Source: Felis catus
Taxonomy: Eukaryota
Length of the DNA: 64,000 bases
Reading direction: 5' to 3'
Assembly: GCF_018350175.1 (NCBI RefSeq)
Contig: NC_058368.1
Coordinates: 121,460,001-121,524,000, forward strand
Positions 23,855 through 37,650 of this stretch are shown here, in pieces; the stretch's first letter is position 1, and each line of letters starts with the position of its first letter. Both the position numbers and the translations under genes were made by a program. The notes below the pieces were generated by a model, which searched no databases, had not been told where the DNA came from, and saw only the letters and a list, made by a program, of their open reading frames with translations.

Positions 23855-23943
23855 ACTTTCTTTTCTTTTCTTCTTCTTCTTCTTCTTCTTCTTCTTCTTC
23901 TTCTTCTTCTTCTTCTTCTTCTTTTTCTTCTTCTTCTTCTTCT
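23855..23943. repeat. (CTT)n trinucleotide microsatellite
   Basis: Directly visible; lies in the tail of a minus-strand SINE. Confidence 0.95.
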
Positions 23944-26900
23944 TATTTTTTAATAGAAAGAGATAAGGGAGGGGGCAGAGAGAGAGAGAGAATCCCAAGC
24001 AAGCTCAGTCTCCTTGCCTAGCCTGGACTCAGAGGCAGGGCCTGAACTCATGACAGAGATTATGACCTGAGCTGAAATCAAGAGTTGGATGCTTAACTAA
24101 CTGAGCCAGCCAGGTGCCTCAGATTTTATTTTATTTTATTTTTAAATATTCATTTATTTTGAGAGAGAGAGAAGAGTGTGTGTACAAGCTGGGGAGGGGC
24201 AGAGGCAGAGGGAGAGTGAGAGGGAATCCCAAGTAGGCTCCATGACCAGTGCAGAGCCCCACTTGGGCTCGATCTTAGGAGCATAGTGTGAGATTATGAC
24301 CTGAGCCAAAAACAAGAGTTGGGACACTCAACTGATGGAGCCACCCAGGCACCCCTAACATTATATTTTTAAGTAATCTCTACACCCAACATGAGGCTCG
24401 AATTGGACAACCCTGAGATTGAGAGTCGCACGCTTCACCAACTGAAACAACCGGGTGCCCCCTTTACTTGTTTTTCCAGTGTTGTTTTATCAGCGGAATA
24501 ATCTGAACACATATCTCAGGATCAGACATTTTGGTGTTTTATTTAGGTTTTTTTTTTCTTGCAAAGTAAAAATAAAAGCATTATTATATTATAGAAAATA
24601 TAGAAAGAAAAAATAATAAAATTGTGTGTATTAATTTCTAGTTTCTCTTGTGTGTTTGAACTTCATGTAGCTATAATAAGAGTCAAATGTAAAATTAAAA
24701 AAAAACCTAATGTTTACTTATTGGAGGACCTGGGTGGCTCATTTGGATCGTGACCTTCGGCTCAGGTCACGATCTCACAGTTCGTGGATTTGAGCCCCAC
24801 ATTGGGCTCTGTGCTGACAACTTAGAGCCTGGAGCCTGCTTCTGTCTCCTTCAGTCTCTGCCCTCCCCCATTTGTGCTCTCTCTCTCAAAAGTAAACATA
24901 AACATCAATGTTTACTTATTTATTTTTGAGATAGAGAGAGAGCAGGGGGAGGGCAGTGAGAGAGAGGGAGACGGAATCCCAAGCAGGCTCTGTGACCTGA
25001 GCCAAAACCAAGAGTTGGGTGCTGAACCAACTGGGCCACCCAGGTGCCCCCAAATGTAAAATTTCTTATCTTGATTTCTCCATTTTACCTTACATCAGAA
25101 ATGTTTTTCATATCTGTGTATTTTTATAACTATCACTTTGGATCCCTTATGTTTCATAAACATTTACAATAAGAATGGGTGGGTACCTGGGTGGCTCAGT
25201 CCATTGAACATCCAACTTTGGCTCAGGTCATGATCTCACCGTTCTTGATTTTGAGTCCCTCATCAGACTTTCTGCTGTCAGCAAGGAGGCTGCTTTGGAT
25301 TCTCTGTACCCCTCTCTGCCCCTCCTGTGCTCTCGCAAGCGCACTCGCTCGCTCTCTTTCTCTGAAAAATAAACAATAATAAATGTATATTATTTATATA
25401 AACATACATAATAAATAAAAATAAAAATAAACAATAAGAATGGGTATCTTGACTTTGTGCTAAAAATAATGCTGTTTTTATATCATGTGTATATTTAGAT
25501 ACATATATATATTTAGCACTAATTAGGTATAGTGTTCTCTATGTTTGGCTTTATTTCCTGAGGCTAATTTCTCATAACTACAACTACTAGTCAGAGAATA
25601 TGAATATTTTTAATGGCTGTTGATACACATTAAGATCAGGAGGTTCTTTCCCCTATGGCTCAGTAACGTATTCATTGTCTCACTTCTGAAACAAATATCA
25701 CACTAAGGTATAACTTAAACTTGGGCCCTTCTTATTCAGGAACATGTAGATTTTTCTGAAAGTGGAAAAGGTTTAAATAGTGTTGGTTTTTTCCTTAAAA
25801 AAAGAAATTAGACTTCTCTAACTTTTAAGTAGTGTTTCTTGGCTAGGGCCTAAGGCAAGCAAAGACCTTTATTCTTTGGTCTTGGGATTGGACATATGTC
25901 TGAGATCTGTAAAGCTGATATGCCACCAAAGCAGATGGGTCATAAACCTGTAGTGGAGATTTCATTAAGGAGGAAAGGACAAATTTGAGGATTTTACAGA
26001 TATTTTTAGGGCAGTATTTCTGTTAACTTCCCCTGATGAAAATTCATTATAGTTGATTTTTTAAAATAAAAGATAATTGAAACATGTTCTTAGAATATTA
26101 TTATGCAAGATGTACATTTTAAGGAGTCCTCGTGTTTCTAATTTCCATTAAACTTAAGGAAATTTATTTTGTTCTTGATTTTAACTGGAAGGTAACTATT
26201 GGTCGAGACTTCAGATACATTAATTTGTCATGCAGATTTACAGTAGGAAAGCATATGCTATAAAATATGCTATAAAATAATTTTGCTCCCTGGAATTGCA
26301 ACTGAGTTTTACTTCCACAAGTATGCTTTCTGCCTGATCTTAGGTGGATTCCTTAATTTGTCTTTACATATTTACAAATTTAGATATCTATAAAATGAAT
26401 ACTAATTCATTGTGCTGTTAAGGCCTTTTAAAGACTATAGTAGAATAGTAATTCAGATGGGTATCATTATGTTTTCTAATCTTTCTTACAATAGAAGCCT
26501 CTTTCTGTCTAGAAATGTGTGTACTTAACACAGCCATGGATCCAAGATTTTAAAATCTTTTTTATTCTCAAACATGCTTGTCCCTATAGTTAAGGAGAAA
26601 TTGGTTTCCATAAGCTTTGGTTACAAATAAATAGCTAAAAGATTTAAAATACTCTGGAATAAGAGAATAAGAAGTCGTCCTGCATTTGTCTCATAAATTA
26701 CCAAGAATCTTAGTCATGCCCCGATTTTTGGGACACGCTTTTGGAAGTCTTGTTGGTGTCAAAGCTACTACAGTATTGTATTTGTTAACTTCTAAAGATT
26801 ATATAGTAAGAAGTGATAAAAGACTATATAAGAACAGTCATAAAGGTACAGAAAATTACAGCATAAAACTCTCCGGTGTATTTAAGTTTCACCATTCACT

Positions 26901-27889
26901 TGGTGTGACTTGATTATTTCAGACTGGTAATTTCCGTCATAGTACTTGATGGGTACATATTAGGAGCTGTTCAATTTAAATGGTCCCATTCCTTTGGTTG
27001 TAAACATGCTTTTGAATTGGGTACAGAATTCTAACTCTCAGTTCTTAACAATCAGTTGTTTACTCATGTTGCACAAATACTTAAAATCTGTGATCATTCT
27101 CTTGGTGTCTAGTTTTTTCCTGATCTTTTACCTTCTTGTAATTATTCATCTTGTGTTTTCACATCATCCTCTCATCGTGTGTTTTATCAGAAGCAACCTA
27201 ACTCCGCAGTTGTTTTTTCAGAGTCTGTATACTAAATACATGTATAAGATATGTGGGATTGGGGAACCTGGGTGGCTTAGTTGGTTAAGTGTCCACCTCT
27301 TGATTTTGGCTCATGTCATGATCTCAACCATTTGCGAGTTGGAGCCCTGATTGGGGCTTGGCGCTGACGGTGCAGAGCTTGCTTGGGGTTGATTCTCTCT
27401 CCCTCTCTTTCCACCCCTCCTCCCATCGCACTCTCTCTCAAAATAAGTAAACCTAAAAAGAAATACGGGTTCGTTTAACTCCTCTTCAGTAATGTGAATG
27501 TTTTGCCTCCTTCTCACTAGAAATGGCATATCCTTACCAACTTTCTACCTGTTAGGTCATGAGACTCCTTAAAGCTTCTTATAACAGGAGAAAAAACAAC
27601 ATTGCCTCTTTCTACCATTTGTACGTATTTTTAAAAATTCTTGTCTTTTCTATGTTTAGAATATCTTCCTTATCCACAATCTGAACTTTCTAAGTCAAGG
27701 TAGAGATGTGATATTTTTTTTAATCCTCTCCCCTCCATTTGAATGTTGTTTAGAACTGATTGATCAAATACCTTACCTTACTATTCTCAGGAGTGAAGTG
27801 TTTATGGATTAGCCAAGGTGAGCATGGTCTGTGTAACATTTTTGAAGGTGCAAATGCTATATATTCATTTTATTATTTATTTATTATTG

Positions 27890-28500
27890 CTGTTTTTTAG
27901 GTTGGGTAATTGACATACAATGTTATACTACTTCTAGGTATACAATATAGTGATCTGATTTATACATTATGAAGTGCTCACCACAATCAGTCGAGTTACA
28001 ATCTGTCACCATACAAAGTTATTAAAATGTTATTGACTATATTCCCTATGCTATACATTATATCCCCTATGTCTTATTTATTTAAAACTGAAAGATTACA
28101 ACTCTTAATCCCCTTCACCTATTTCACCCGTCCCCTCCAACTGCCCTTCTCTCTGACAACCATCAGTTTGTTTCCTGTGAGTCTGTTTCTGCTTTGTTTT
28201 ATGTTTTAGATTCCACATGTAAGTGAAATCTTACTGTGTTTGTCTTCCTCTGACTTACTGCCCTCAACATACACTTTCTAGGCCCATCCATGTTGTTGGC
28301 AAATGGCAAGATTTCATTCTTTTTTTTTATGGCTGAGTGATAATACATTGTATGTATACGACGTCATCTTTATCTTCTTTATCCATTCTTCTGACAATGG
28401 ACATTTAGGTTGCTTCTATATCTTCTTAGCTGTTGTAAATTATGCCATGATGAACATAGGGGTGCATATGACTTTCCAAATTAGTGTTTTCATTTTCTTT
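27890..28500 (-). mobile_element. L1 3' UTR/ORF2 end (older carnivore/L1MA-like)
   Basis: AATTGACATACAATGTTATA..GATTCCACATGTAAGTGAAATC..GGACATTTAGGTTGCTTC..ATGAACATAGGGGTGCATATG. Confidence 0.75.
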
Positions 28501-29340
28501 TTTTTTTAATTAATTTTTTTTAATGTTTATTTATTTTTGAGAGAAAGACAGGGCATGAGCAGGGGAGGGGCACAGAGAGAGGGAGACATAGAATACGAAG
28601 CAGGCTCCAGGCTCCCAGCTGTCAGCACAGAGCCCAACACGGGGCTTGAACCCACAGACTGTTAGATCATGACCTGAACTGAAGTTGGGCGCTTAACCCG
28701 ACTGAGACACCCAGGTGCCCCCAGACTTTTTTTTTTCTGATTTTGATCTGTATATCCATTTTAGAATTTAGCAATTGGATTTATCCAGGTAGTCTATTAA
28801 TAATTCTCCAAAATGTAATTTACATTTTTTACTTAAGAAAAATCCTGGCTTTCTTTTAAATTGCATATTTTTATTAATATATAGCTCATCATCATGGACA
28901 CTTATATTCTTTCCCAGTGCACTTTGACCCTTATCCATAATTATTTTTTTATTAGCTCTGAGTTTTGTAAAATTGACATTGAAACTTGCTCTCTTAGATT
29001 TGGTGCATAAATGTGCGGGTGTTTAAAGAAATAGCCTTTCCCACAGCAGTATTGGCAGTGAAAAAAATTCTATTTTATTGAATTGTGAACTTTAAAAATA
29101 TAGAATAGAAGGAAGTGCTTGGCTTTTGTTTTTGTAAAATTTTTTTTTATTTACTTAAAAAATGTATTTTTCCCATATATGTATATATTTACAACACAAA
29201 AACTTTCATTTCCTATAGTGTAGATAAAATGTTAGGTCTGGAGAGTACTACATGTTGACTACATGTTGGCAACTCAGGGAACATGTACTGCCCTGGCAGA
29301 TGAGATGATTTTGAATGTCAAAAGACAAGTTACTACTGAC

Positions 29341-29368
29341 GGGGGGGGGGGGGGGGGGGGGGGGGGGG
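29341..29368 (+). repeat. G28 homopolymer
   Basis: Directly visible. Confidence 0.9.
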
Positions 29369-30297
29369 TTGGGAGGACAAAAGAAAAAAGGGAAGTAGCT
29401 AAAGATCCTTTCTGCTGCCCTTCTACTACTTCTCTTATCCTTTCTGTTTTAGCTCCCAGATCTTTTCTTTCTTGCTTAGAGCTGCTAGAGTGTTTGCCAG
29501 TAATATTTATGGTGTCAACCTTCTTGTGTTCTCGTTTTTTAAAGAGATCTTTTGGGGTGCCTGGGTGGCTCAGTCGGTTCAGCATCTGACTTCCGCTGAG
29601 GTCATGATCTCGCGGTCAGTGTGTTCCAGCCCCATGTCGGGCTCTGTGCTGACAGCTGGGAGCCTGGAGCCTGCTTTGGATTCTGTCTCCCTCTCTCTCT
29701 GCACCTCCCCAGCTCACGCTCTGTTCTCTCTGTATCTCAAAAATGAATAAATGTTAGAAAACATTAAAAAAAACAATAGATCTTCAAGAGACCGAGAAGA
29801 TTATCAGTGGAATTGATTGCTATTTTTGGATGCTGGTGCCTGGGGTTATAGGGAATGAGGAAAGGTGTCCCATCACTTCCCCTGGTTCTTCCTCACGGTC
29901 ACATGGAACAGATAGTTCCTGAAGATATGAACAGTGCTTCTACAGCACTGCAACTCGGGTTCGTTGCCATCCTTTCCTTGTTTCCATTGAGAGATGCAAA
30001 TCAATGTAGATTTGGTCCAAAATTCTGGGTATAATTAGAACATTGAAAATAGACAATTTTATAAAAATAAGCATAAAAGGAAAATCTTGCTTGCACTGTG
30101 TGTATGCTGTTTGTTATAAAAATCGTCTTTGTTTGCAGTCAGTATTTATTTATTTATTTATTTAACTTATTCGCAGTCACTTTATTTGAAATAAAGTTGT
30201 TGACCTTTAGCTTTCCAAAATAGTGGTGACTTCATTAATGACATTGCTGTTTAAAAAAAAAAGTTAAAACATTTTTGTTTTCTCTTTGTCTGTCTAG

Positions 30298-30416
30298 ATG
30301 TGATGCTGACCCTTCAGCCTTAGCCAACTATGTTGTAGCACTGGTCAAGAAGGACAAACCTGAGAAAGAATTGAAAGCCTTTTGTGCTGATCAACTTGAC
30401 GTGTTTTTACAAAAAG
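30298..30416 (+). CDS. RBM27: RBM27 exon 2 (ICDADPSALANYVVALVKKDKPEKELKAFCADQLDVFLQK; PWI)
   Basis: Polypyrimidine tract and tag acceptor, gtaatt donor; 119 nt; frame continuous with exon 1. Confidence 0.95.
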
Positions 30417-33034
30417 GTAATTATTGTGGCCTTTCAGCCACATATTTAAGAATGTGAATTTAAAACTTTCTGATAAAATCTTGGAGATAAAAACTTGGAA
30501 GGAAAGACATCAGTCATTGCCCTTTAAACATTTGAATATACAGATTCCTGTTAATTATTTATCATGTATTTTGGAAGAACTGTTTTTACCCCTTTTCTTT
30601 CTCTGCTTCTTTCCTATATTGGAGCATTTGCTTTTTAGGTGAATGGATCCTCTTTGGCTTGTGACAGAATCTAGTTGATGGTTGGGGATAACAGTTTAAG
30701 GATGATGAAACTATTTATGCTTACTGTTTATTAGGACTATGAAGCTATGTTTTTTTCCCTCTTGGCTGGAGCTTTTTGCTGTCCAGGAAGAGATGGGCAT
30801 GATCCTCTTTACTTTGTGCCTCCAACTTCCTATCTTACCAAAGTCCTTTCCATGACCTGCATAGCGTCCTGGAGTGCTCCCCTGCTTATTCTCTGACCTC
30901 ATCTCCTACCACTCGCTCTCACTTGTTCCAGTCTAGCCACCTTGACCCCCTTGCCTTTTTTTTTCAGTATGGCAAACATGTTCCCACATCAGGGATTTTG
31001 AACTTGTTTTACCCTTGCTTGAAATGGTTTCTTCTCTATGGTTTCTGGTTTCTCCTCAAATGTTACCTCAAATGTTTCCCCTGAGTGTTCTATGTACAGT
31101 ATATTCTACCTCACGCCCCTAATCACCCTTTCCTTTTCCCACCCTTGCTTCATTTTGTTTCTCCTCGTACTTGTCACTTTTTGTCATGTTATATGTTTAT
31201 TTGCATGTTTATATGTGTGTGTGTCTTTTCCCCTCCCCCTACTTTTTGTCTTTCCCTTTGTTGAGAGTGGTGACTTGGAACCTATAATGCTTGGCACATA
31301 GAAGGCATCCAGTAAATGTTGTTGAATGGATGAAAGGAATGTGGATAATGCACACGTTGGTTGATCTAGCTATTGCTGTGAGAAGATAACCTTCAACTGA
31401 AGTGTCTACAGAGAAATAAAAGATAGTAAATATTGGCTTCTCACTTGGAAAACAGGATTACATATTTTTTTGGTGGATTTTAAGGCTTTTTTTTTTTTAA
31501 TACACAAAAAACATAATACTTCTAGAATTCCTCCCCAGTACAGGTGAGTATTTGTTTTCTTTTTTTGTAAAGGAGTATTTTCTAAATGTATTCATTTGTT
31601 TTACTTAGTTTACATGTGATGAAATTAGAAGAGTCATGTGACACACAGAGCCATGAGAATAGTAAAAAATAAATGTAGTGAAGACATTGGGGTAAGAGGC
31701 AAATGTATATTTAAATATACATTTAAGAATTTGTTGTAAAAGCTTTATAGATTTTTAGTAACTTTTTAAAAAAACAGTACACAAGAAGAATCATAAAAAC
31801 TTTTTTTTTAATATTTATTTTTGAGAGAGAGAGTGCTAGTGCATGTGCACAAATGGGGAAAGAGCAGAGAGAGGAAGACAGAATCGGAAACAGGCTTGAA
31901 CCCACGAACTGTGAGATCATGACCTCAGCTGAAGTCAGACCCTTAACCACCTGAGCCACTCAGGTGCCCCTAAAAACTTTTTTTTTTTTAAGTTTATTTA
32001 TCTTGAAAGAGGGAGAGAGAGAGACAGAGAACATGCATGTGAGCTGGAGAGGGACAGGGAGAGGGAGAGAGAGAATCTTAAGCAAGCTCCATTCTATCAG
32101 TGCAGAGCTGAGGAGAGACTTGAGGCTGCAAACTGTCAGATAATGACCTGGGCTGAAATCAGGAGTTAGATGCCCAACCAACTGAGCCACCCAGGAGCCC
32201 TTATAAAACATTCTTTAAAAGAGAAGAAAATTAATAGCCATAAATTTGCCACCAGAGATAAAATCAGTTACCTTCGTATATGTCTTTGTAGACTAGCATG
32301 GTCTAGTAGAACTTTGTACACTGATGAGTATAGTCTCTATCTTCCTTTTCTAATTCAGTAGCTCCTAGCAGCTTTTGAGCGCTTGAAATGGGGCTAATGT
32401 GACTTAGGAACTGATTTTTATGTTTTTAATTTTTATTTATGTATGTATGTTTACTTTTGAGACAGAGAGACAGAGTGTGAGCAGGTAAGGGGCAGAGGGA
32501 GGGAGACACAGAATCCAAAGCAGGCTCCAGGCTCAGAGCTGTCAGCATAGAGCCTGACATGGGACTCGAACTCATGGACTGCGAGATCATGACCTGAGCT
32601 GAAGTTGGACGCCCAACCAACTGAGCCACCCAGGCACCCCTATAATTATGTTTTAGATGTTTGTTTTTTGAGACAGAGAGCGAGGCATGTGTGTATGCAT
32701 GGGCTGGGTAGGGGCAGAGAGTGTGGTAGAGAGAGAATCACAAGCAGACCCTGTGCACTTGACACAGAGCCTGATGCGGGGTTCTATATCTCTGTCTCAC
32801 AAACTGTGAGTTCATGACTTGAGCCGAATTCAAGAGTTGGCACTTAACTGACTGAGCCACCCAGGTGACCCTCTTTTTCTTTGTAAGTTTGTTTATTTAA
32901 GAAATCTCTGGACCCAGTGTGGGGCTGGAACTCATGACCTTGAGATCAAGAGCTACATATTCTTCTGACACAGCCAGTCAGTCAGGTACCCCACAGTTCT
33001 TCATTGGGTTATAGGTCTTTTATTTTTTCAATTT

Positions 33035-33083
<49 letters not shown>

Positions 33084-33113
33084 AGATGCAAATGGGGAAG
33101 GAGCGGGGGGGGG

Positions 33114-33153
<40 letters not shown>

Positions 33154-34303
33154 CTCAAGCAGACTCTACGCTCATTGCAGAGCTTGACACGGGTCTTGAT
33201 CCCAGGACCATGGGATCATGACCTGAACCAAAATCAAGAGTTGGACACTTAACTGACTGAGCCACCTATGCACCTTGTATTATAGGTCTTTTAAATTACA
33301 AAAGTGATACATGTTTTAAAAAATGTTTTAAGAAGTACAGAAGCATATGAAGAGAGTCTTGATTATGAAGAGTTTTGAAGGGTCTGATCAATTTATTGTT
33401 TTAAAGTTAGGTGTAACAGTTAACAAGGCCTAACAGTTCTATAATCACAGAAAATGCTTACTACACAAATTAATACCATAAAGTTTTTTGAAAACATACT
33501 TTTCTGAAGAAAAACTCATTTTGCATTTTAGAAATAGCTATTTATATAAAATGTATAATTACAGTGTAAGTAGATTCTGTGCTATATTTTAAATACACCC
33601 TGTAGTTTTTAATAAATTCATCTGTTTCCCCCATTCAGTTAATCTGAAAAAGTTACAAAATACAGTAGCTTTTAAGTAAAACACAACAAGATATTTTCAT
33701 ATCATTCTCATACCAAACTTTATTTTTCCAAGTGATTTTAAAATGTTTATAATGAAATTTTTGAATAGACAGTACATTTAATCCAGCAATTAAAGGTATG
33801 TATCTTGAAAAATATCATGAAAAGTCTGTCTCACTTGTTTTTCGTTTGTTCCCTTCCCGCTTCCAGTAGACAACCTTGTCATTTTTTGTCTGTGTCCTTT
33901 CAGAGTTTTTTTATGCATATATAAACAGATACAAATATTTAGTTTGTGTCTTTGAGATGTGATGTTATCCATATTCATTCTCTTTAGAGCTCTGTGTATT
34001 CTGTTGTATGGTTGTGACATACTTTATTTAACTAGTCTCTTATTCATGAAAATTGTTCTTTTTCCAGCATTTTACTATTTTGTACTCAGTGTTGCATATA
34101 CATCATTTTGTACATAAGCAAGAACGTACAAAGGATTTAAAAACCCAAACATGGGAATCTCCCTCATAAAGTATAGACAGACTTAGTTTTGATTCCACTG
34201 CCAGTGTGGAAGGTGTTCTGTTTTCCTCAGCTTTGCCGAGGAGCGTGTTGTCAGTCTTCAGTTATTGTTTGTGCAATATTTAAATACTGTTTCTTCTCCT
34301 TAG

Positions 34304-34428
34304 AAACTTCAGGTTTTGTGGATAAACTGTTTGAAAGTCTCTATACCAAGAACTACCTTCCACCTTTGGAACCAGTTAAGCCTGAGCCAAAACCACCAGT
34401 CCAAGAAAAAGAAGAAATTAAAGAAGAG
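34304..34428 (+). CDS. RBM27: RBM27 exon 3 (ETSGFVDKLFESLYTKNYLPP..EEIKEE)
   Basis: ccttag acceptor, gtaatg donor; 125 nt; in frame. Confidence 0.95.
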
Positions 34429-34974
34429 GTAATGTAAAGTTTTCTTTTGCTTTTGGGGGCTTTTTAGATCCTATTCCTAGTATCATTCTTAGTTGGAAGT
34501 TGACCTCTTTAAAAATAATTATCTCTTGATTGACTTTTCTGTGTTTGGCATGTTACAGATTCTTTATCAGGGCTTCTTAGTTAACTTCTTAGTTTTTTGG
34601 ACTGGAAATGTTATTTAGTGTTCCAAGAAATATTTTAGGAATATTGAGAAATTCAGAGAAATCTTAGTGATTTTAGAAAGACAAAACTTGGTTACATGTA
34701 GCGGTTTGACTAAAAGTGAGATGAAAGCTCAAGAAAAATGATGAAGTGACACATTTTCATATTATAGACCAACCATTTTCTCTTTTTTAACCACAGAATA
34801 TTTTTTATGGTTAAGGTAGTTACAAATAAATAGTTATAATGCTAACATATGAAAGAAAAAAATGTTTTTACAATGGTTGGAGTTTAAAAGCATGATTATA
34901 TAAGGTAATGTTCTTGTTTGAACTAAGGGGAAACTTTTTACAGAGTTGATTTGTAATTCCTCCTTTCTTTTCCA

Positions 34975-35080
34975 TTTTCTTTCTTCCTTCCTTCTTTTCT
35001 TTCCTTTCCTTTCCTTTCCTTTCCTTTCCTTTCCTTTCCTTTCCTTTCCTTTCCTTTCCTTTTCTTTTTTCTTTTCTTTC
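34975..35080. repeat. (TTTCC)n pyrimidine microsatellite
   Basis: Directly visible. Confidence 0.9.
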
Positions 35081-37104
35081 AAAAACCCAGTGTGGGGCTT
35101 GAACTCACAACCCTGAGATTAAGAGTCATGTCTTCTATCGAATGAACCTGTCAGGCGCCCCCATTTGTGAATCTTTTTATGTACAGATAACACAGTATTA
35201 TAAGATTATGGGTTCTAGAATCAGGCTGCATGAGTTAAAATGATAGCTCTAAAATAAATTACTTGCTTCATTTTCACATCAGGATAATGATCATAGTAAT
35301 ACTTATCTCATTGAGGATTAAATGAGATTTTTATATATACACACATCTTAGCTACCTGGCACATGAACGTTGGTTATGATCCAGAAATATTTATCAACTT
35401 TTGTTTTTATTATAATTGTTTAATAAACTTTTTATTTGGGAATAATTTTAAGTTTACATGAAAATTATAAGAATAGTACCTAAAACATCTGCATACCATC
35501 TATCTTTATTCACCTATTGAAGATTTGTCCCATATGCTCTCTTTATATATCCACACCCAGAACTATCATGCTCTGAATCTAGGAGTAAGTTAGATACCTT
35601 ATGATCCCATGGCATTCTGTGTACTTCATAAGAATAACGATGTTCGTTATTCTCATTTTCAGTACTTGACAAAATTCTTTAATCCTGTTTGTATTTCAAT
35701 TTTATGCATTGTCCCAACAATGTACCACCACCCCCCTTTTTTTTCAATGTCCTCCCCCGCCTTTTTTAACAGTTTTTTTTCTCTTTCAGTACATGATTCA
35801 ATCTAAGAAGCAAGTATTGCATTTAGTTGTCCTCTCTGCTCCATTTTTAAATGCTAGGCTGATTGAATCAATCCATCATTAAAAGAAAACAAGGGGCTCC
35901 TGGTTGGCTTAGTTGCTTGAACGTCCATCCAGCTCTTGACTGGCTCAGGTCATGATCTCATGGTTTGTGGGTTTGAGCCCTGCATCAGGCTCAGTGCTGA
36001 CAGTGTGGAGCCTGCTTGGATTCTCTCTCTCTCCCCTTGCCTCTTCCCCTCCCCTGCTCGTGTGCACGTGCGCTCTCTCTCTCTCTCTTTCAAAATAAAT
36101 AAACAAACTTAAAAAACAAAACAACAACAAAACGTGGCTATACTTACAATCAGTTGAAACCACTGTCACATTTTCGTTTTTGGCTCATGCACTATAATTG
36201 TTTCATAAAATCTTTTTAAAATAGGAGACACTCTCAGTATGTTACTTCAAGTAATGGAAATAGTAAGAAACTTGTCTGCTGTACTTGATTGTGTATAAAT
36301 TTTGGTCTATGTGTACAGGTTAAATCTTTTAAAATAAGTTACAATTTTTGCACCATTTGTCCTTTTCTACAGTCTTTGAAGTTTAGTGGACTAGAAGTAT
36401 CTGTTTGAAAGATAGCAGGTTTGAACATAAGTGAAAAATTCATTATTTTGAGTTATTAAAGAACAGTTTAAAAAAAAACAAATTGTTGCACTGTTTCATT
36501 TTGTATCATACTAAGTTCTAATTTCGAGAATTGTGAAAAATGGGTATCAGCTTCTGCATGTAACAACTCCACAGATAACATCATGTGGTATTTCTCTTGT
36601 ATTCTAAGATTTTATACACAATTTAATTGTCATCACTACACAAATAACAGCTTATTGAGCTAGTGTATAACTAAAGTAGTTTATCCTAACTCTTCTACAC
36701 GATGTGGAAAGGAAGGGGTTGGAGGTAGCACATACTTCTGGTCTGTGCTAGGTTGATGCACTTTCTCTGAGCAGTGTAGAGAGTTGCAGATCCATCTAAG
36801 GACTGGCCATTTTAACTTTTTTCTTTAAAGGAAAAGGGCATTGTGTATGCCCTCTGACTTATTTATTTATTTATTTATTAAAAAAATTTTTTTTAATGTT
36901 TTATTTTTGAGACAGAGAGAGACAGAGCATGAACAGGGGAGGGGCAGAGAGAGAGGGAGACACAGAATCTGAAGCAGGCTCCAGGCTCTGAACTGTCAGC
37001 ACAGAGCCTGATGCAGGGCTCGAACTCACGGACCGTGAGATCATGACCTGAGCCAAAGTTGGACGCTTAACCGACTGAGCCACCTAGGCACCCCACCCTC
37101 TGAC

Positions 37105-37650
37105 TTTTTTAAAATAGCTTTATTGAAATACAACTCCCCTACCATACAATTCCCCTACTCACAGTGTACAAATGTGATGGTTTTTATCGTATTCAGAATT
37201 GTGCAGCCATCACTAGTATGCTCCATTTTAAATCATTTTCATTATCCAAAAATGAAACCCTGTACTCATTAATCTATCACCCACCAGCCCTTCTTTCCCA
37301 ATCCCCACCCCTCTTTTAGGCAGCCACTAATCTACTTATTTCTCTATGGATTTGGCTGTTCTGAATATTTCATATAAATAGAATTATATAATTTGTAGTC
37401 TTTTGTGACTAACATTCATTTAGCAGGATGCTTTCAGGGTTCATGTAGGTTTTATCATGTATTCATTTTTTATGGCTGAATAATATTCCATTTTGGGAAT
37501 GTACCACATTTTCTTTATCCACGTACGAGTTGATGGATATTTGGGTTGATAGACAAGTTGTTAATGCTTTTTTGTTGTTCTGAATAATGTTGCTCTGAAC
37601 ATTCATGTCCCAAGTTTTTGGGTGGCCTTATGTTTTTATTTCTCTTGGAT
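37105..37650 (-). mobile_element. Old L1M(B)-like 3' end
   Basis: AATAGCTTTATTGAAATACAA..GGCAGCCACTAATCTAC..TTTATGGCTGAATAATATTCCATT. Confidence 0.7.
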
